Made by a program: the position numbers and the translations under genes
Assembly: GCA_039934355.1 (NCBI GenBank)
Contig: JBDTMI010000004.1
Coordinates: 60,750 to 124,749, forward strand
Source of the DNA: Gemmatimonadales bacterium
Lineage (GTDB): Bacteria; Gemmatimonadota; Gemmatimonadetes; Gemmatimonadales; GWC2-71-9
DNA: 64,000 bases
Direction of reading: 5' to 3'
In this document: positions 46,400-55,675 of the stretch, piece by piece
How positions within the stretch are numbered: position 1 is the first letter of the stretch
Layout of the letters: each line of letters opens with the position of its first letter
Notes under the pieces: model-generated
The model's database searches: none
What the model was told of the DNA's origin: nothing
The model's input: only the letters and a program-made list of their open reading frames with translations

Positions 46400-48340
46400 A
46401 TGGATGAACTGAGGGCGCTCCGCGCGCTCGCCAGGACGATGGGGGTCCACACCCGTTACACCGACGGGTTGGGCAAACGCGTCATTGTGGCGCCTGAGAC
46501 GCTGGTGCGGGTCTGCGACGCGCTGGGCGCTCCCGTTGCGCGACCGGCCGATGCCGCAGACGCGCGGCGTGCCTACAGCGCGGGCCGGAGGCGGGGGCAG
46601 CTTCCACCGGTTGCTCTCGCCTGGGATGGGAGCCTCCCACCGCTCGCCGTGCCCGCCTCCGGCCCGGTCGACGGACGGCTTCAGCTCGCTGACGGCGAGC
46701 TCGTCATACTCGAGCGCGTTGGAGCGGAGCTGCAGCTCAATCGCCGTCTGCCCGCCGGGTACCACCGCCTGACGGTCGAGGCCCATGGACGGGCTCAGAC
46801 GTGCACGGTCATCGCTGCCCCGGTACATGCGTGGCGCCGGCCCGGCGCGCATCGGAGTTGGGGAGTCGGGACCCACCTCGCGGCTCTCCGCTCAGCGCGC
46901 AGCCGCTCCCTGGGCGACCTCCGGGATCTCCAGTTGCTTTGTCGCTGGGTGCGTCAGCGCGGTGGGGACCTGGTGACCGCCCTGCCGCTCCTTCCCACTT
47001 TCAATACAGAGTGGCCGGAACCGAGTCCGTACTCCCCGGTGAGCCGGCTCTTCTGGTCCGAGTTGATCCTCGATCTGGGCGAGCACCATCACCCGTCGCC
47101 TGGACCCGCGATGCTGGACGTGACCGCAGCGGATGCCGAGGTCCGCCTGGCGCTGGCCGGGTATCCGGTCCCGGATGCATCGCTGCTGGACGAGGAGCTG
47201 CGTCGTTACGCACGGTTCCGCGGCGCGCAGGCCCGGCTCGGCAGGAACTGGCGGGATTGGCCCTCGAAGGCGCGCGCCGGACTGCTCAGAGCCGACGACG
47301 TGGACGCCGAGGTTGAGCGATTCCACCTCGTGGCCCAGACGATGGCGCGGGGGCAGCTGAACGACCTCCGGGCGCACCTGGAGCACGATGGAATGCGCCT
47401 GGGCCTGGACCTCGCGGTGGGCGTGCATCCGGATGGATACGACCCATGGTCGCGTCAGGGACTGTTCGGCGAAGGGATGTCGGTCGGCGCCCCACCCGAC
47501 CAGGGCTTTCCGAGCGGGCAGGACTGGGGCTTCTCGCCGGTGCTGCCGGAAGCGTCTCGCCGCGAGGGCCACCGGTACCTGGCGGCGTCCATCGCCCACC
47601 AGGCCGGTCTTGCCGGTGTGCTTCGGGTCGACCACGTCATGGCCTGGAGCCGTCTCTACTGGATCCCGCACGGCCTCGGGCTGCATGAGGGCACGTACGT
47701 CTCGTATCCCACCGACGAGCTCTTTGCCATCCTGTCGCTGGAGTCGAATCTCCACCGGTGCGAAGTCGTGGGGGAGAACTTGGGCACGGTGCCTCCCGAG
47801 ATCTTCGAGGCGCTGCCACGTCACCGGATCTGGGGGATGTATCTCGCGATGTTCCAGGCGTCCGCCGGACCTAACGTCGCCCCCCCAACGGCCGCGGATA
47901 TGGCACTCGTGGGCACCCACGACACCCCGACCGTTGCGGGTTGGCTCGCCGGCAATGACATCGCCGACCGGGTGCGTTATGGCCTCCTGGCCCCGCCGGC
48001 GGTCCACGCCGTCGCCGAAGAACGGTTGAGGGCCACGGGGTGGCTCGCAGCCCAACTGGGCGCCAGTGTGGGTGACCCTCGCGACTTTCTGAGTCGATTG
48101 CTGGAATGGCTCGGTCAGTCCGACAGCCCGCTCGTGGTGGCCTGGCTCGAGGACCTGTGGCTCGAACCCGTTGCGGTCAACCTTCCCGGGACGCCGTCGT
48201 CGGTGCGTCCCAACTGGCAGCGTCCGATGCGACTGCTGCTGGATGAAATCTTTGCCAACCCCGATGTGGACGAGTTGCTTCGTCGCCTCCAGCGGGCTCG
48301 AACTTCCAACGTGAGCGACCTCCCGCCCGTCACCCCTTGA
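46400..48340 (+). CDS. malQ: 4-alpha-glucanotransferase (amylomaltase, GH77)
   Basis: 646 aa. N-terminal extension then the GH77 core: GDLRDLQLL..., LPLLPT, SPYSPVSRLFW, LGLDLAVGVHPDGYDPW, LRVDHVMAW, VVGENLGTVPPEI, VGTHDTPT. Confidence 0.9.
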   Translation: MDELRALRALARTMGVHTRYTDGLGKRVIVAPETLVRVCDALGAPVARPADAADARRAYSAGRRRGQLPPVALAWDGSLPPLAVPASGPVDGRLQLADGELVILERVGAELQLNRRLPAGYHRLTVEAHGRAQTCTVIAAPVHAWRRPGAHRSWGVGTHLAALRSARSRSLGDLRDLQLLCRWVRQRGGDLVTALPLLPTFNTEWPEPSPYSPVSRLFWSELILDLGEHHHPSPGPAMLDVTAADAEVRLALAGYPVPDASLLDEELRRYARFRGAQARLGRNWRDWPSKARAGLLRADDVDAEVERFHLVAQTMARGQLNDLRAHLEHDGMRLGLDLAVGVHPDGYDPWSRQGLFGEGMSVGAPPDQGFPSGQDWGFSPVLPEASRREGHRYLAASIAHQAGLAGVLRVDHVMAWSRLYWIPHGLGLHEGTYVSYPTDELFAILSLESNLHRCEVVGENLGTVPPEIFEALPRHRIWGMYLAMFQASAGPNVAPPTAADMALVGTHDTPTVAGWLAGNDIADRVRYGLLAPPAVHAVAEERLRATGWLAAQLGASVGDPRDFLSRLLEWLGQSDSPLVVAWLEDLWLEPVAVNLPGTPSSVRPNWQRPMRLLLDEIFANPDVDELLRRLQRARTSNVSDLPPVTP

Positions 48341-49001
48341 GGTACCGGTCGATCATGGGATGACACGCTGCAACCGCTCGAAGAAGTTGTCGAGGGATTC
48401 CTGCTCGGCGTCCAGCCGGCCCTCCGCTCGCCACTTCTCGATGAGGGTCGGCGGCAGATTCACCGGCTCGTCCCGCTCCGTCAGTACCATCCGGGAGCGT
48501 GGGGACGAGCTTGCAATCGACGGTGAAGCGTTCGACCTCGTACCACTCGGCGAACCGGGATCGCCTCTGGTTGGCGAGCAGATCCTTCCACGCCCAGAAA
48601 CTGGTTCCGGTATGGTTCCACGAGTAGTCGATGATGATGTGCATCCCGCGCCGGTGGACTTCGCGTACCAGGGCAAGGAAGAGGCTGTCCGCGGCGGTCC
48701 ACTTCCACGTGGATGGGTCCGCGGGGCTCTCGGCGGCGATGGTCGCTTCGTCGCGGCGCGGATCGGGGCCGAAGTTGCGATCCGGCGAGTAGCCCGCGAT
48801 GTCGTGCGCGGTCGGATCGTTGGTGCTGTCGCCGTTGCGGAATCGTTCGACGAAGATCTGGTACCAGATGACGTCTGCCGACCAGGCGGGGACCGCGAGA
48901 GTCGGGGTGGCGTCGGGCCGGGCTACTGGCGCTTCCCGTGCGCATCCCGATGCGAGACCCAGTGCGAGCACCATCGCGCCTCGGCGGGCAACGTTGGTCA
49001 T
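48330..49001 (-). pseudogene. GH13 alpha-amylase-family lipoprotein remnant (internal gap, frame change and missing C-terminal two-thirds)
   Basis: Lipobox MTNVARRGAMVLALGLASGC. VIWYQIFVERFRNGDSTNDP and HRRGMHIIIDYSWNHTG (GH13 region I) are present, but the segment expected between them is absent. Homology ends after FAEWYEVERF. A second frame (48353..48676) ends in a different coding-like tail. Confidence 0.6.
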
Positions 49002-49063
49002 TACGGCCTCCGTTGGATCGGAAAGGTCAGGGCGTTGTCGGGCCGTGAGGCGCCAGCAGGCGC

Positions 49064-49678
49064 TCACGCAAGAATCCGGTCGATCAGTGCCAGCTCTTCG
49101 GCTGCAAACTCAAGATTCCGTGTGGCGCCGACGCAGTCCTCGATCTGGCTGACGCGGCTCGCGCCGATCAGGGCGCTGGTGACAATCGGATGGCGCAGCA
49201 CCCACGCCAGCGCCATCTGCGCCAGGGTCTGCCCGCGCGATTGGGCGACATCATCAGGTCGGTGGGAATAGAGGATGTCAACGTATGGCAGTCCCAGCCG
49301 TTTCAGCGATTGATCGAGTGAGGCCAGGAGGCTCTTCCTCGAGCCCCTTTCACCGTAAGGCCCGGGCCACATGGCGTACCCCGCCTTGGTGGTCACGATC
49401 ATCTCGTCGCGCCACCGTCCGAGGTCTTCACCCAGGATGCGGCCGAAGGATTCCTCCGCCGATCCTTCGGGCGGACCGTAATTGTTGGCCAGGTCGAAAT
49501 GGGTGATGCCGAGGTCGAAGGCCCGGCAGACCATTGCGCGGGCGTTGCAGTGGGAATCCTGCGCCCCAAAGTTGTGCCAGTGGCCCAGCGAGATCCGCGG
49601 GAGTGCGACGCCCGAATGACCGCACCGGCGAAAAAAGTCTGGCCGGTTGTACCGGGCTGCATCGGGCGCGTGCGTCAT
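49064..49678 (-). pseudogene. Aldo/keto reductase (YghZ/Tas-like) with a large in-frame internal deletion
   Basis: 204 aa from the ATG at 49678. Collinear with E. coli YghZ as remembered up to ...VDILYSHRPDD, then jumps directly to AQSRGQTLAQMALAWVL...LIGASR...LALIDRIL, the C-terminal helices. About 140 residues of the TIM barrel are missing around 49245-49255. Confidence 0.7.
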
Positions 49679-49774
49679 TCCTGTGTCACTCCCTCGGCTG
49701 AGGGGACAACCTCGGCTTGGACGAGGCCGAATGTGCAGCAACCGGTCACAGCGCCGCAAGGGAGTTGGAGACCG

Positions 49775-50584
49775 CTACCGTGGAGTCCAGGTCGGCTGAC
49801 CGGTGAACAATCCGTGCACCACGCCGACCTGATACGCGATAAGTATCCCGAACGCCAGGCTGATGACACCGGCGGAGAGCCGGAGCGCCGCGCCAATCCG
49901 CGTGGAGCGGGTCCCGGCGTAGACGAACGGTACGGCGATGGCCGCGGTGATCACCATCATCCCGGCGATGGTACCGAGTCCGAACACCAGCAGGTAGAAC
50001 ACTCCCCAGCGTGGCTCGGCGATCGTGGCGAGGACGAGCAGGGCCACCGCCGCGGAGCCGGCGAGGCCGTGCACGACTCCGACCACGAGCGGGCGCACCC
50101 CGCCATAGAGCGTAACCCCGACGAGGTGCCGGTCCAGCCAGCCCACCGGAGTCCGGTCCGGGTCATGGGGGTGACGCTCGGGATCGTGCCCGTGGGCATG
50201 GTCATGGATATAGTCGCCGTGACTGTGCGGATGGGCGTGCGTTGACAGGTGGTCGGACGGCTTCCTGCCACGGTACTCCGCGATCAGCCGCCAGAGCCCG
50301 GTCAGGTTCATCAGACCGAGTCCAATCAGCATCACCCCCACGAAGAACTCCATGGAAAGCCCGACTCGGGGCGGGATGACCCAATGGCCAAGGATGATGC
50401 CACCCCCCACGACGAGAATGGTGAGGGTGTGACCCAGACCCCAGAGGGCCCCGATCCACGCGGCACTTCCGGCCCGGCGATGTCGAGACACGATGGTGGT
50501 GATCGCGATGACATGATCCGGATCGGTCGCGTGGCGCATGCCCAGGAAGAATCCCAGCGCGAGGATGGCGAAGGTATCGGTCAT
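49775..50584 (-). CDS. Nickel/cobalt transporter, NicO/RcnA-like, with histidine-rich loop
   Basis: 269 aa from the ATG at 50584. HX4DH-type signature GMRHATDPDHV in TM2. Central loop HLSTHAHPHSHGDYIHDHAHGHDPERHPHDPD. About 6 TM helices. Confidence 0.7.
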   Translation of the reverse strand: MTDTFAILALGFFLGMRHATDPDHVIAITTIVSRHRRAGSAAWIGALWGLGHTLTILVVGGGIILGHWVIPPRVGLSMEFFVGVMLIGLGLMNLTGLWRLIAEYRGRKPSDHLSTHAHPHSHGDYIHDHAHGHDPERHPHDPDRTPVGWLDRHLVGVTLYGGVRPLVVGVVHGLAGSAAVALLVLATIAEPRWGVFYLLVFGLGTIAGMMVITAAIAVPFVYAGTRSTRIGAALRLSAGVISLAFGILIAYQVGVVHGLFTGQPTWTPR

Positions 50585-50600
50585 CGTGTTGCCCTCGTCG

Positions 50601-51173
50601 TCAACCGCGGTCCGAGAACTCGAATGGCTCGCCACGTCCATCGCCGCTCCGGCGACCGCCCATGCGCGGGCGACGCTCAGACGATGACCCTTCCTGTTCT
50701 CGGGTGTCGCGCGGACCCCGGCGTCGCTCGACAAACGATTCGATCGCCTCGACTCCCAGGAGGACGGCAAGCGTTACCAGTGTAATCACAACCGCGGCGG
50801 CGAAGTGCCCGATGCCGATGAGGCTGCCGATCGCGGCCAGTACCCAGATGACCGCCGCAGTCGTGACACCCAGGAGGCGGCCCTCCCGGGTCAGGATCAC
50901 TCCCGCCCCGAGGAAACCAATGCCGGTGACGACCTGCCCAAGCACCCGGGTGGCATCGCTCCGATCAGGGGCGGTCGTCACGCCGAGGGCGACAAAGAGG
51001 GAGGTCCCCAGGCAGATCAGAATGCTGGTACGCACACCGGCGGCCTTGCCCCGAATCTGCCGTTCGAGGCCAATGGTGCCGCCGCAGAGGAGGGCAACGC
51101 CCAGATGGAACCAAAAGACGGGAGTCTCGGGCGAAAGGGAGTCAGGCGGCATGGTGAACGCCTCTCTTTCCAT
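50601..51173 (-). CDS. MgtC/SapB family membrane protein
   Basis: 190 aa. LLCGGTIGLERQIRGKAAGVRTSILICLG and VVTGIGFLGAGVIL motifs. Start ambiguous (51173 or 51152). Confidence 0.85.
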   Translation of the reverse strand: MEREAFTMPPDSLSPETPVFWFHLGVALLCGGTIGLERQIRGKAAGVRTSILICLGTSLFVALGVTTAPDRSDATRVLGQVVTGIGFLGAGVILTREGRLLGVTTAAVIWVLAAIGSLIGIGHFAAAVVITLVTLAVLLGVEAIESFVERRRGPRDTREQEGSSSERRPRMGGRRSGDGRGEPFEFSDRG

Positions 51174-51334
51174 GAGAGTGTGAATCGAGGGTCGGCCCCG
51201 AGCAAGATACGGTGTGTCGCATAGTGAGGCACACCGGGGGAGGTGGCCGCCTTCCGACCGCCGACCTCACCCCTACGCTGGCCGTGCCTGCCCTCTCAGC
51301 GTAACTTTCGAGCATCCAATTCCCTGAGCGCATA

Positions 51335-51949
51335 CTGTACCCAGTCGCCCGCACTCTACCCCTCGCGGGCCTTTTCCTGCTCGCATGTACTCCGCTCGGC
51401 GCATGGGTCTACGACGACCCGTCCTTCCAGCTCACCCGGGTAGAGGCGCGCCACCCCGGCGCCTCGGGGCTGGAAGCGGATTCGGTGAACCTGGTGTTCC
51501 TCGCCTGCAACCGGAACGACTACGACCTGCAGTTGCGGCGGGTCTCCGCCCGGCTCGCCGTCACCGGTCGCGCCGCGAGCCCGCTGGGCCGCTCGGACAA
51601 CTACACCCTGCCCACCCGCACCATGAGCGAAATCATGGTAACCGTCTCGCTGGCCGACTCGGCGATCGCCGCCGACCAGGAGCATCGTCGTTTCGAGCTG
51701 CTGGGCGAGACCACAGTGACCACGCCAGGTGGAGACCGGGTCGTGGCGTGGCAGCAGCGCGGGCAGGTGTGGAAGCGCGGCGACTCGCTCCACTGGGTCG
51801 GGGAGCAGGGCGTGGCCTGTCGGCCAGGGCTGTCACAGCTCCCCACCTATTTCGCACCGCTACCCAAGATCGGTCCACTGGTCAAGGAGCCGCTGCCAAG
51901 CATGATGAACCCTGACTCGAACCCGCCCACACGGCCTTCAAGACCCTGA
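51335..51949 (+). CDS. LEA_2 (LEA14/NDR1-HIN1-like) domain lipoprotein; start codon non-canonical or lost
   Basis: The frame is open from 51305. It encodes ..YPVARTLPLAGLFLLAC|TPLGAWVYDDPSFQLTRVEAR.. (lipobox LLAC) upstream of the first canonical start (GTG at 51485). The only start-like codons before the signal peptide are CTG 51335, ATA 51332 and ATC 51314. The body (NLVFLACNRNDYDLQLRRVSARLAVTGR...) resembles LEA_2. Confidence 0.55.
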   Translation: MYPVARTLPLAGLFLLACTPLGAWVYDDPSFQLTRVEARHPGASGLEADSVNLVFLACNRNDYDLQLRRVSARLAVTGRAASPLGRSDNYTLPTRTMSEIMVTVSLADSAIAADQEHRRFELLGETTVTTPGGDRVVAWQQRGQVWKRGDSLHWVGEQGVACRPGLSQLPTYFAPLPKIGPLVKEPLPSMMNPDSNPPTRPSRP

Positions 51950-52016
51950 ACCGGGAGTATTGAGCAGCGAAATCCTGCGCTGAAGCTGTCCGCGAGTGCG
52001 CTCGCTCGGCCCGCCC

Positions 52017-53015
52017 TCACTCCCGTGCTGCCCGCTCCAGCCGATCCCGGACCGCCGCCCATTCGCCGCTCGCCGGCGGCTGCTCAATCAGGATAAGCTC
52101 GACCCCGGCCGCATCCAGCACATGCAGGGACTGGTACAGCGAGCGGGCATAGCCCGCGGGGTCGTCCGGCAGGATGATCGTCTGATCCGCCGTCGGCCTC
52201 GCCTCGCAGACTAGCGCCCCAACTTTCCCGCCCCGTGCCCTGACATCATCGGCTATGACCCGCGTTGCCTCCACCGCCCCCCGCTCGAAGAGTCGGACCG
52301 CCGCCGCGGGGGCATAGTGGCGTTCGAGCATGCCCGGCGAGGGCCGGGGCGCGGCGTGCGAGTGCGGGGCAGCGGGCAGCGCCAGGCGGCCCAGCTCCTC
52401 TTCCAATTCGCGCTGCGACACCATCCCCGGTCGGAGCAGCACCGGCGGCTCTGCCGAAAGGTCGACCACGGTGGATTCGATCCCCACCTGGCAGGCACCG
52501 CCATCCAGAATCAGCGGCACCCGTCCCCCGAGCCCGCGGGCCACATGAACCGCCATCGTGGGTGACACCTGCCCGGAACGATTGGCGCTCGGCGCCGCCA
52601 GCGGGATGCCGGCGACCTGTAGCAGCGCCAGTGCGACGGGATGGGCCGGCACCCGCAGGGCGACCGTGTCCAGTCCCGCAGTGACGGCGTCGGGAACGTT
52701 CGCGGACTTCGGCAGCACGAACGTCAGCGGACCGGGCCACCAGCGCGCCGCCAGGCGGTCCGCCTCCTCGGGCCACTCCCGTGTCAGGCGGCGTGCGGCC
52801 GCGACATCCGGAACATGCACGATCAACGGATTGTAGGCCGGGCGGCCCTTCGCGGCATAGATCCGCGCGACCGCCGCCGGATCGAGAGCGTGCGCGCCGA
52901 GGCCGTAGACGGTTTCGGTGGGAAAGGCGACGAGGTGTCCGGCGCGGAGCATGCCCGCTGCTCGCGCCAGCAGCTCCGGATCGGGGTGCCGCCCGTCGAT
53001 CGTCTCGATCGTCAC
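52017..53015 (-). CDS. tsaC: L-threonylcarbamoyladenylate synthase (Sua5/YwlC long form of TsaC)
   Basis: 332 aa. LVAFPTETVYGLGA, AKGRPAYNPLIVHV, SANRSG motifs plus the C-terminal Sua5 domain. Confidence 0.9.
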   Translation of the reverse strand: MTIETIDGRHPDPELLARAAGMLRAGHLVAFPTETVYGLGAHALDPAAVARIYAAKGRPAYNPLIVHVPDVAAARRLTREWPEEADRLAARWWPGPLTFVLPKSANVPDAVTAGLDTVALRVPAHPVALALLQVAGIPLAAPSANRSGQVSPTMAVHVARGLGGRVPLILDGGACQVGIESTVVDLSAEPPVLLRPGMVSQRELEEELGRLALPAAPHSHAAPRPSPGMLERHYAPAAAVRLFERGAVEATRVIADDVRARGGKVGALVCEARPTADQTIILPDDPAGYARSLYQSLHVLDAAGVELILIEQPPASGEWAAVRDRLERAARE

Positions 53016-53024
53016 CGGCGGAGG

Positions 53025-53462
53025 TCAGTCATCGGGCTGCGGCCGCTGACGGTCCCGTTTGCGGGCCGCCTGGGTCTTCTTCTGTGCCAGGCGGCGCTCC
53101 TTGGACGCCTTGGTGGGGCGGGTCGCCCTGCGCATGCGTGGGATGGCGACCGCCCGGGCGAGCAGGTGCTGAAATCGCTCAAACGCTTCGGCCTTGTTCT
53201 GGGCCTGGCTGCGTGACGCGGCGGCCACCAGCCGCAACATCCCCTCCGCGGTCAATCGGGTGCCGAGTCGCTCGAGGACCCGGGCCCGCTGATCGGGTGT
53301 CAGGCTGGGACTCTGCGCCGCATCCCACCACAGCTCGATTCGGGTTGACGAACGATTGACGTGCTGGCCGCCCGGACCACCGCCCGTCGTCGCGCGCAGC
53401 GTGAGCTCGGAGAGCGGAATGCTGAGGCTGGTGGTAATCGGCAGGGGATCGGGGGTGGGCAT
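53025..53462 (-). CDS. arfB: Alternative ribosome-rescue factor ArfB (peptidyl-tRNA hydrolase, GGQ domain + basic tail)
   Basis: 145 aa. GGGPGGQHVNRSSTRIEL GGQ motif. Lys/Arg-rich C-terminal tail (RPTKASKERRLAQKKTQAARKRDR). Confidence 0.9.
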   Translation of the reverse strand: MPTPDPLPITTSLSIPLSELTLRATTGGGPGGQHVNRSSTRIELWWDAAQSPSLTPDQRARVLERLGTRLTAEGMLRLVAAASRSQAQNKAEAFERFQHLLARAVAIPRMRRATRPTKASKERRLAQKKTQAARKRDRQRPQPDD

Positions 53463-53500
53463 GGGGGGAGGGGCGCGCGCCGCGCCCCGGCGGCGAGCAG

Positions 53501-54109
53501 CTACGCCTTGGCGACGGCTGCGCTCTTGGGGATCTGGTCAAAGCGTTCGATGATCTTGCCCACCAGGCCGTACTGGATCGCGGTGGATGCGTCGAGCCAG
53601 AAATTGCGGTGGGTGTCGTCCTCGATCCGCTCCAGGCTCTGCCCGGTGGCTTTGGCGAATACCTTGTTGAGCCGGTCCCGCATCCGCAGGATTTCCTTCG
53701 CCTCGATTTCAATATCCGAGGCCGTGCCACCGGAGCCGCCCGCGGGCTGATGCAGCAGGAAGCGCGTGTTCGGCAGGCAGAAGCGCTGGTCGATCGGGAC
53801 CGACACAAAGATCAGCGCGCCCGCGCTCGCGACCCAGCCGGTACCGATGATGCGCACTTTCGGCGTGATGAACCGGATCATGTCGTGAATCATGTCCCCC
53901 GATTCCACATGCCCGCCCGGCGAGCTGATGTAGATCGTGATGTCATCCTGCGAATCGGCCGCCAGTGCGAGCAGTTGCGCGGTCACCGACGCGGCAAGTC
54001 GCTGCGTGACCTCGCCGCTGATGATGAGGGTCCGGGAGCGGAACAGCCGCTCGGCCATCTGGTTGGACAGGGCGGCCGCCGGCCGCTCCGAAGGATCTGG
54101 ATATTCCAT
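53501..54109 (-). CDS. clpP: ATP-dependent Clp protease proteolytic subunit (ClpP paralogue, no adjacent clpX)
   Basis: 202 aa. [10 protein letters not shown], catalytic Ser context GWVASAGAL, His context FLLHQP, and a downstream RD. Confidence 0.85.
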   Translation of the reverse strand: MEYPDPSERPAAALSNQMAERLFRSRTLIISGEVTQRLAASVTAQLLALAADSQDDITIYISSPGGHVESGDMIHDMIRFITPKVRIIGTGWVASAGALIFVSVPIDQRFCLPNTRFLLHQPAGGSGGTASDIEIEAKEILRMRDRLNKVFAKATGQSLERIEDDTHRNFWLDASTAIQYGLVGKIIERFDQIPKSAAVAKA

Positions 54110-54221
54110 CGCGCTGCTCGTGGTGGTAGTGAGAGAAGCGGAATCCTACCCGGCGCCAGCATGCTGCCGCAAGCGGTGGGCAAGGCTGTCGCCACCCGGG
54201 GGAACGGCTTACGTTTTTGCC

Positions 54222-55031
54222 ATGCTCTCCCTGGCAGCACTCGAGGCGCAACTCCGCACGCTCGGCCGCGTGGTGCTCGGCTATTCCGGAGGGGTGGACT
54301 CCGCCCTCCTTGCGCTGGCCGGCCGGCGGGCGCTGGGGCGCGAGAGGCTGCTGGCGGTGATCGGCCGGAGCCCATCCTATCCAGAGGTGCAGTACCAGGC
54401 GGCCCTTGCCACGGCCCGCACCTTCGACATCCCGCTGCTCGAAGTCGAGACCCACGAACTGGAGGATGACCGTTACCGCGCGAATCCCACCAACCGCTGT
54501 TACTTCTGCAAGGCCGAACTATGGCGCGTGCTTGGCCGCATCGCGGTGGAGCGCGGGGCGGACACGATCGTCGACGGCACCAACGCCGATGACCTCGGAG
54601 AGCACCGGCCCGGGGTGCGGGCCGCGGGCGAGCACCAGGTCCGTTCCCCACTCGCCGAACTGGGGTGGACCAAAGCCATGGTCCGCGAGGCCGCCGCAGC
54701 CCTCGGGCTTCCCACGTGGGATGCCCCAGCCGCTCCGTGCCTGGCCAGCCGGATCCAGTACGGTCTCGAAGTGACGCCGGAGCGATTGCGTCAGGTGGAG
54801 CAGGCGGAGGCGCTGCTCCGCTCGCACGGCGTGACCGGCGACCTCCGAGTGCGGCATCGTGGCGATCACGCCTCCGTGGAGCTGTTGCCCGCCGAGCACG
54901 CCCTGGTCGCGGAACAGTGGGAGGACGTCAGGCGCGAGCTTGAAGCAGTGGGCTTCAACTCCGTGGTGCTCGATCCGCGGGGGTATCGGCGCGGCGGCCT
55001 CCTTGCCGGGCTGCCGGTGCTCGACCGCTGA
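54222..55031 (+). CDS. larE: PP-loop ATP-utilising enzyme, LarE-like (TIGR00268-type sulfur transferase family)
   Basis: The ATG at 54222 gives 269 aa. PP-loop VLGYSGGVDSALLA, NRCYFCK, TNADDLGEHRPG and APCLASRI motifs. Confidence 0.8.
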   Translation: MLSLAALEAQLRTLGRVVLGYSGGVDSALLALAGRRALGRERLLAVIGRSPSYPEVQYQAALATARTFDIPLLEVETHELEDDRYRANPTNRCYFCKAELWRVLGRIAVERGADTIVDGTNADDLGEHRPGVRAAGEHQVRSPLAELGWTKAMVREAAAALGLPTWDAPAAPCLASRIQYGLEVTPERLRQVEQAEALLRSHGVTGDLRVRHRGDHASVELLPAEHALVAEQWEDVRRELEAVGFNSVVLDPRGYRRGGLLAGLPVLDR

Positions 55032-55675
55032 TGCGGCTCTGGACCCTTCCGTTCCGATTGCTTGGCCTGCTCGGGCTGTCGCTCCTGATCAGCGTCGGCT
55101 GGTTGTTGCGCAAGGAGATTCTTGGGATGGTCCGGCCCCAGGTGGCTCGCGTGGCCGAAGTGATCGAGCAGCGCGGTGCCACGTCGATCACCTCGCCCGC
55201 CGACGCCGCGCGGGACAAGGTCGACAGTCTGCACGGCTGGAGCGCGGACTCCGTGGTACTGACCGCCGCTGAGATGACCGCGTTGCTGCTCGACGGCCTG
55301 CCGGCCGAGGCGCGGGGTCACCTTGATTCGGTGAAGGTGACGCTGGGACAATCGCGAGTGTCCATTCAGGGGCTGCTCGAAACCAGTCAGATCCCGCGTG
55401 ATCTGCTCGGACCGCTGGCCGGGGTCGTGCGCACGTGGGAGCCGGTGACGGTGGCGGGAGACGTCGCGATACCGCGGCCGGGTCACGCCGAATGGAAGGT
55501 GGATGCGTTGACGCTGCGGGGTATCACGTTGCCCGCCGATGCCAGTCGGGCGCTGATCGAACGGGCCCTGCCGGGTGCCAGGGAGGGTCGTGTCCCGCTC
55601 ACGCTCCCGGACGGGGTGTCCCGAATCACGGTCCGTCCGGCCGGGGTGGCAGTTTTCCGGGAGCAGACGCGATGA
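55031..55675 (+). CDS. Hypothetical membrane-anchored protein
   Basis: 214 aa. One N-terminal TM helix (LLGLLGLSLLISVGWLL). The ATG overlaps the larE TGA by 1 nt, and the stop overlaps the regulator ATG by 4 nt. No family recognised. Confidence 0.6.
   Translation: MRLWTLPFRLLGLLGLSLLISVGWLLRKEILGMVRPQVARVAEVIEQRGATSITSPADAARDKVDSLHGWSADSVVLTAAEMTALLLDGLPAEARGHLDSVKVTLGQSRVSIQGLLETSQIPRDLLGPLAGVVRTWEPVTVAGDVAIPRPGHAEWKVDALTLRGITLPADASRALIERALPGAREGRVPLTLPDGVSRITVRPAGVAVFREQTR

Noticed and set aside
51174-51334. Mg2+ (M-box) or NiCo riboswitch in the leader of the mgtC-NicO operon or upstream of the LEA_2 gene
   Set aside because: Only short partial resemblances were found (GUGAGGC, CUGCCC). 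The lengths and the other conserved blocks I remember for these riboswitches are missing. The hairpins present (GGTGTG..CACACC and GGGGAGGT..ACCTCACCCC) are generic.
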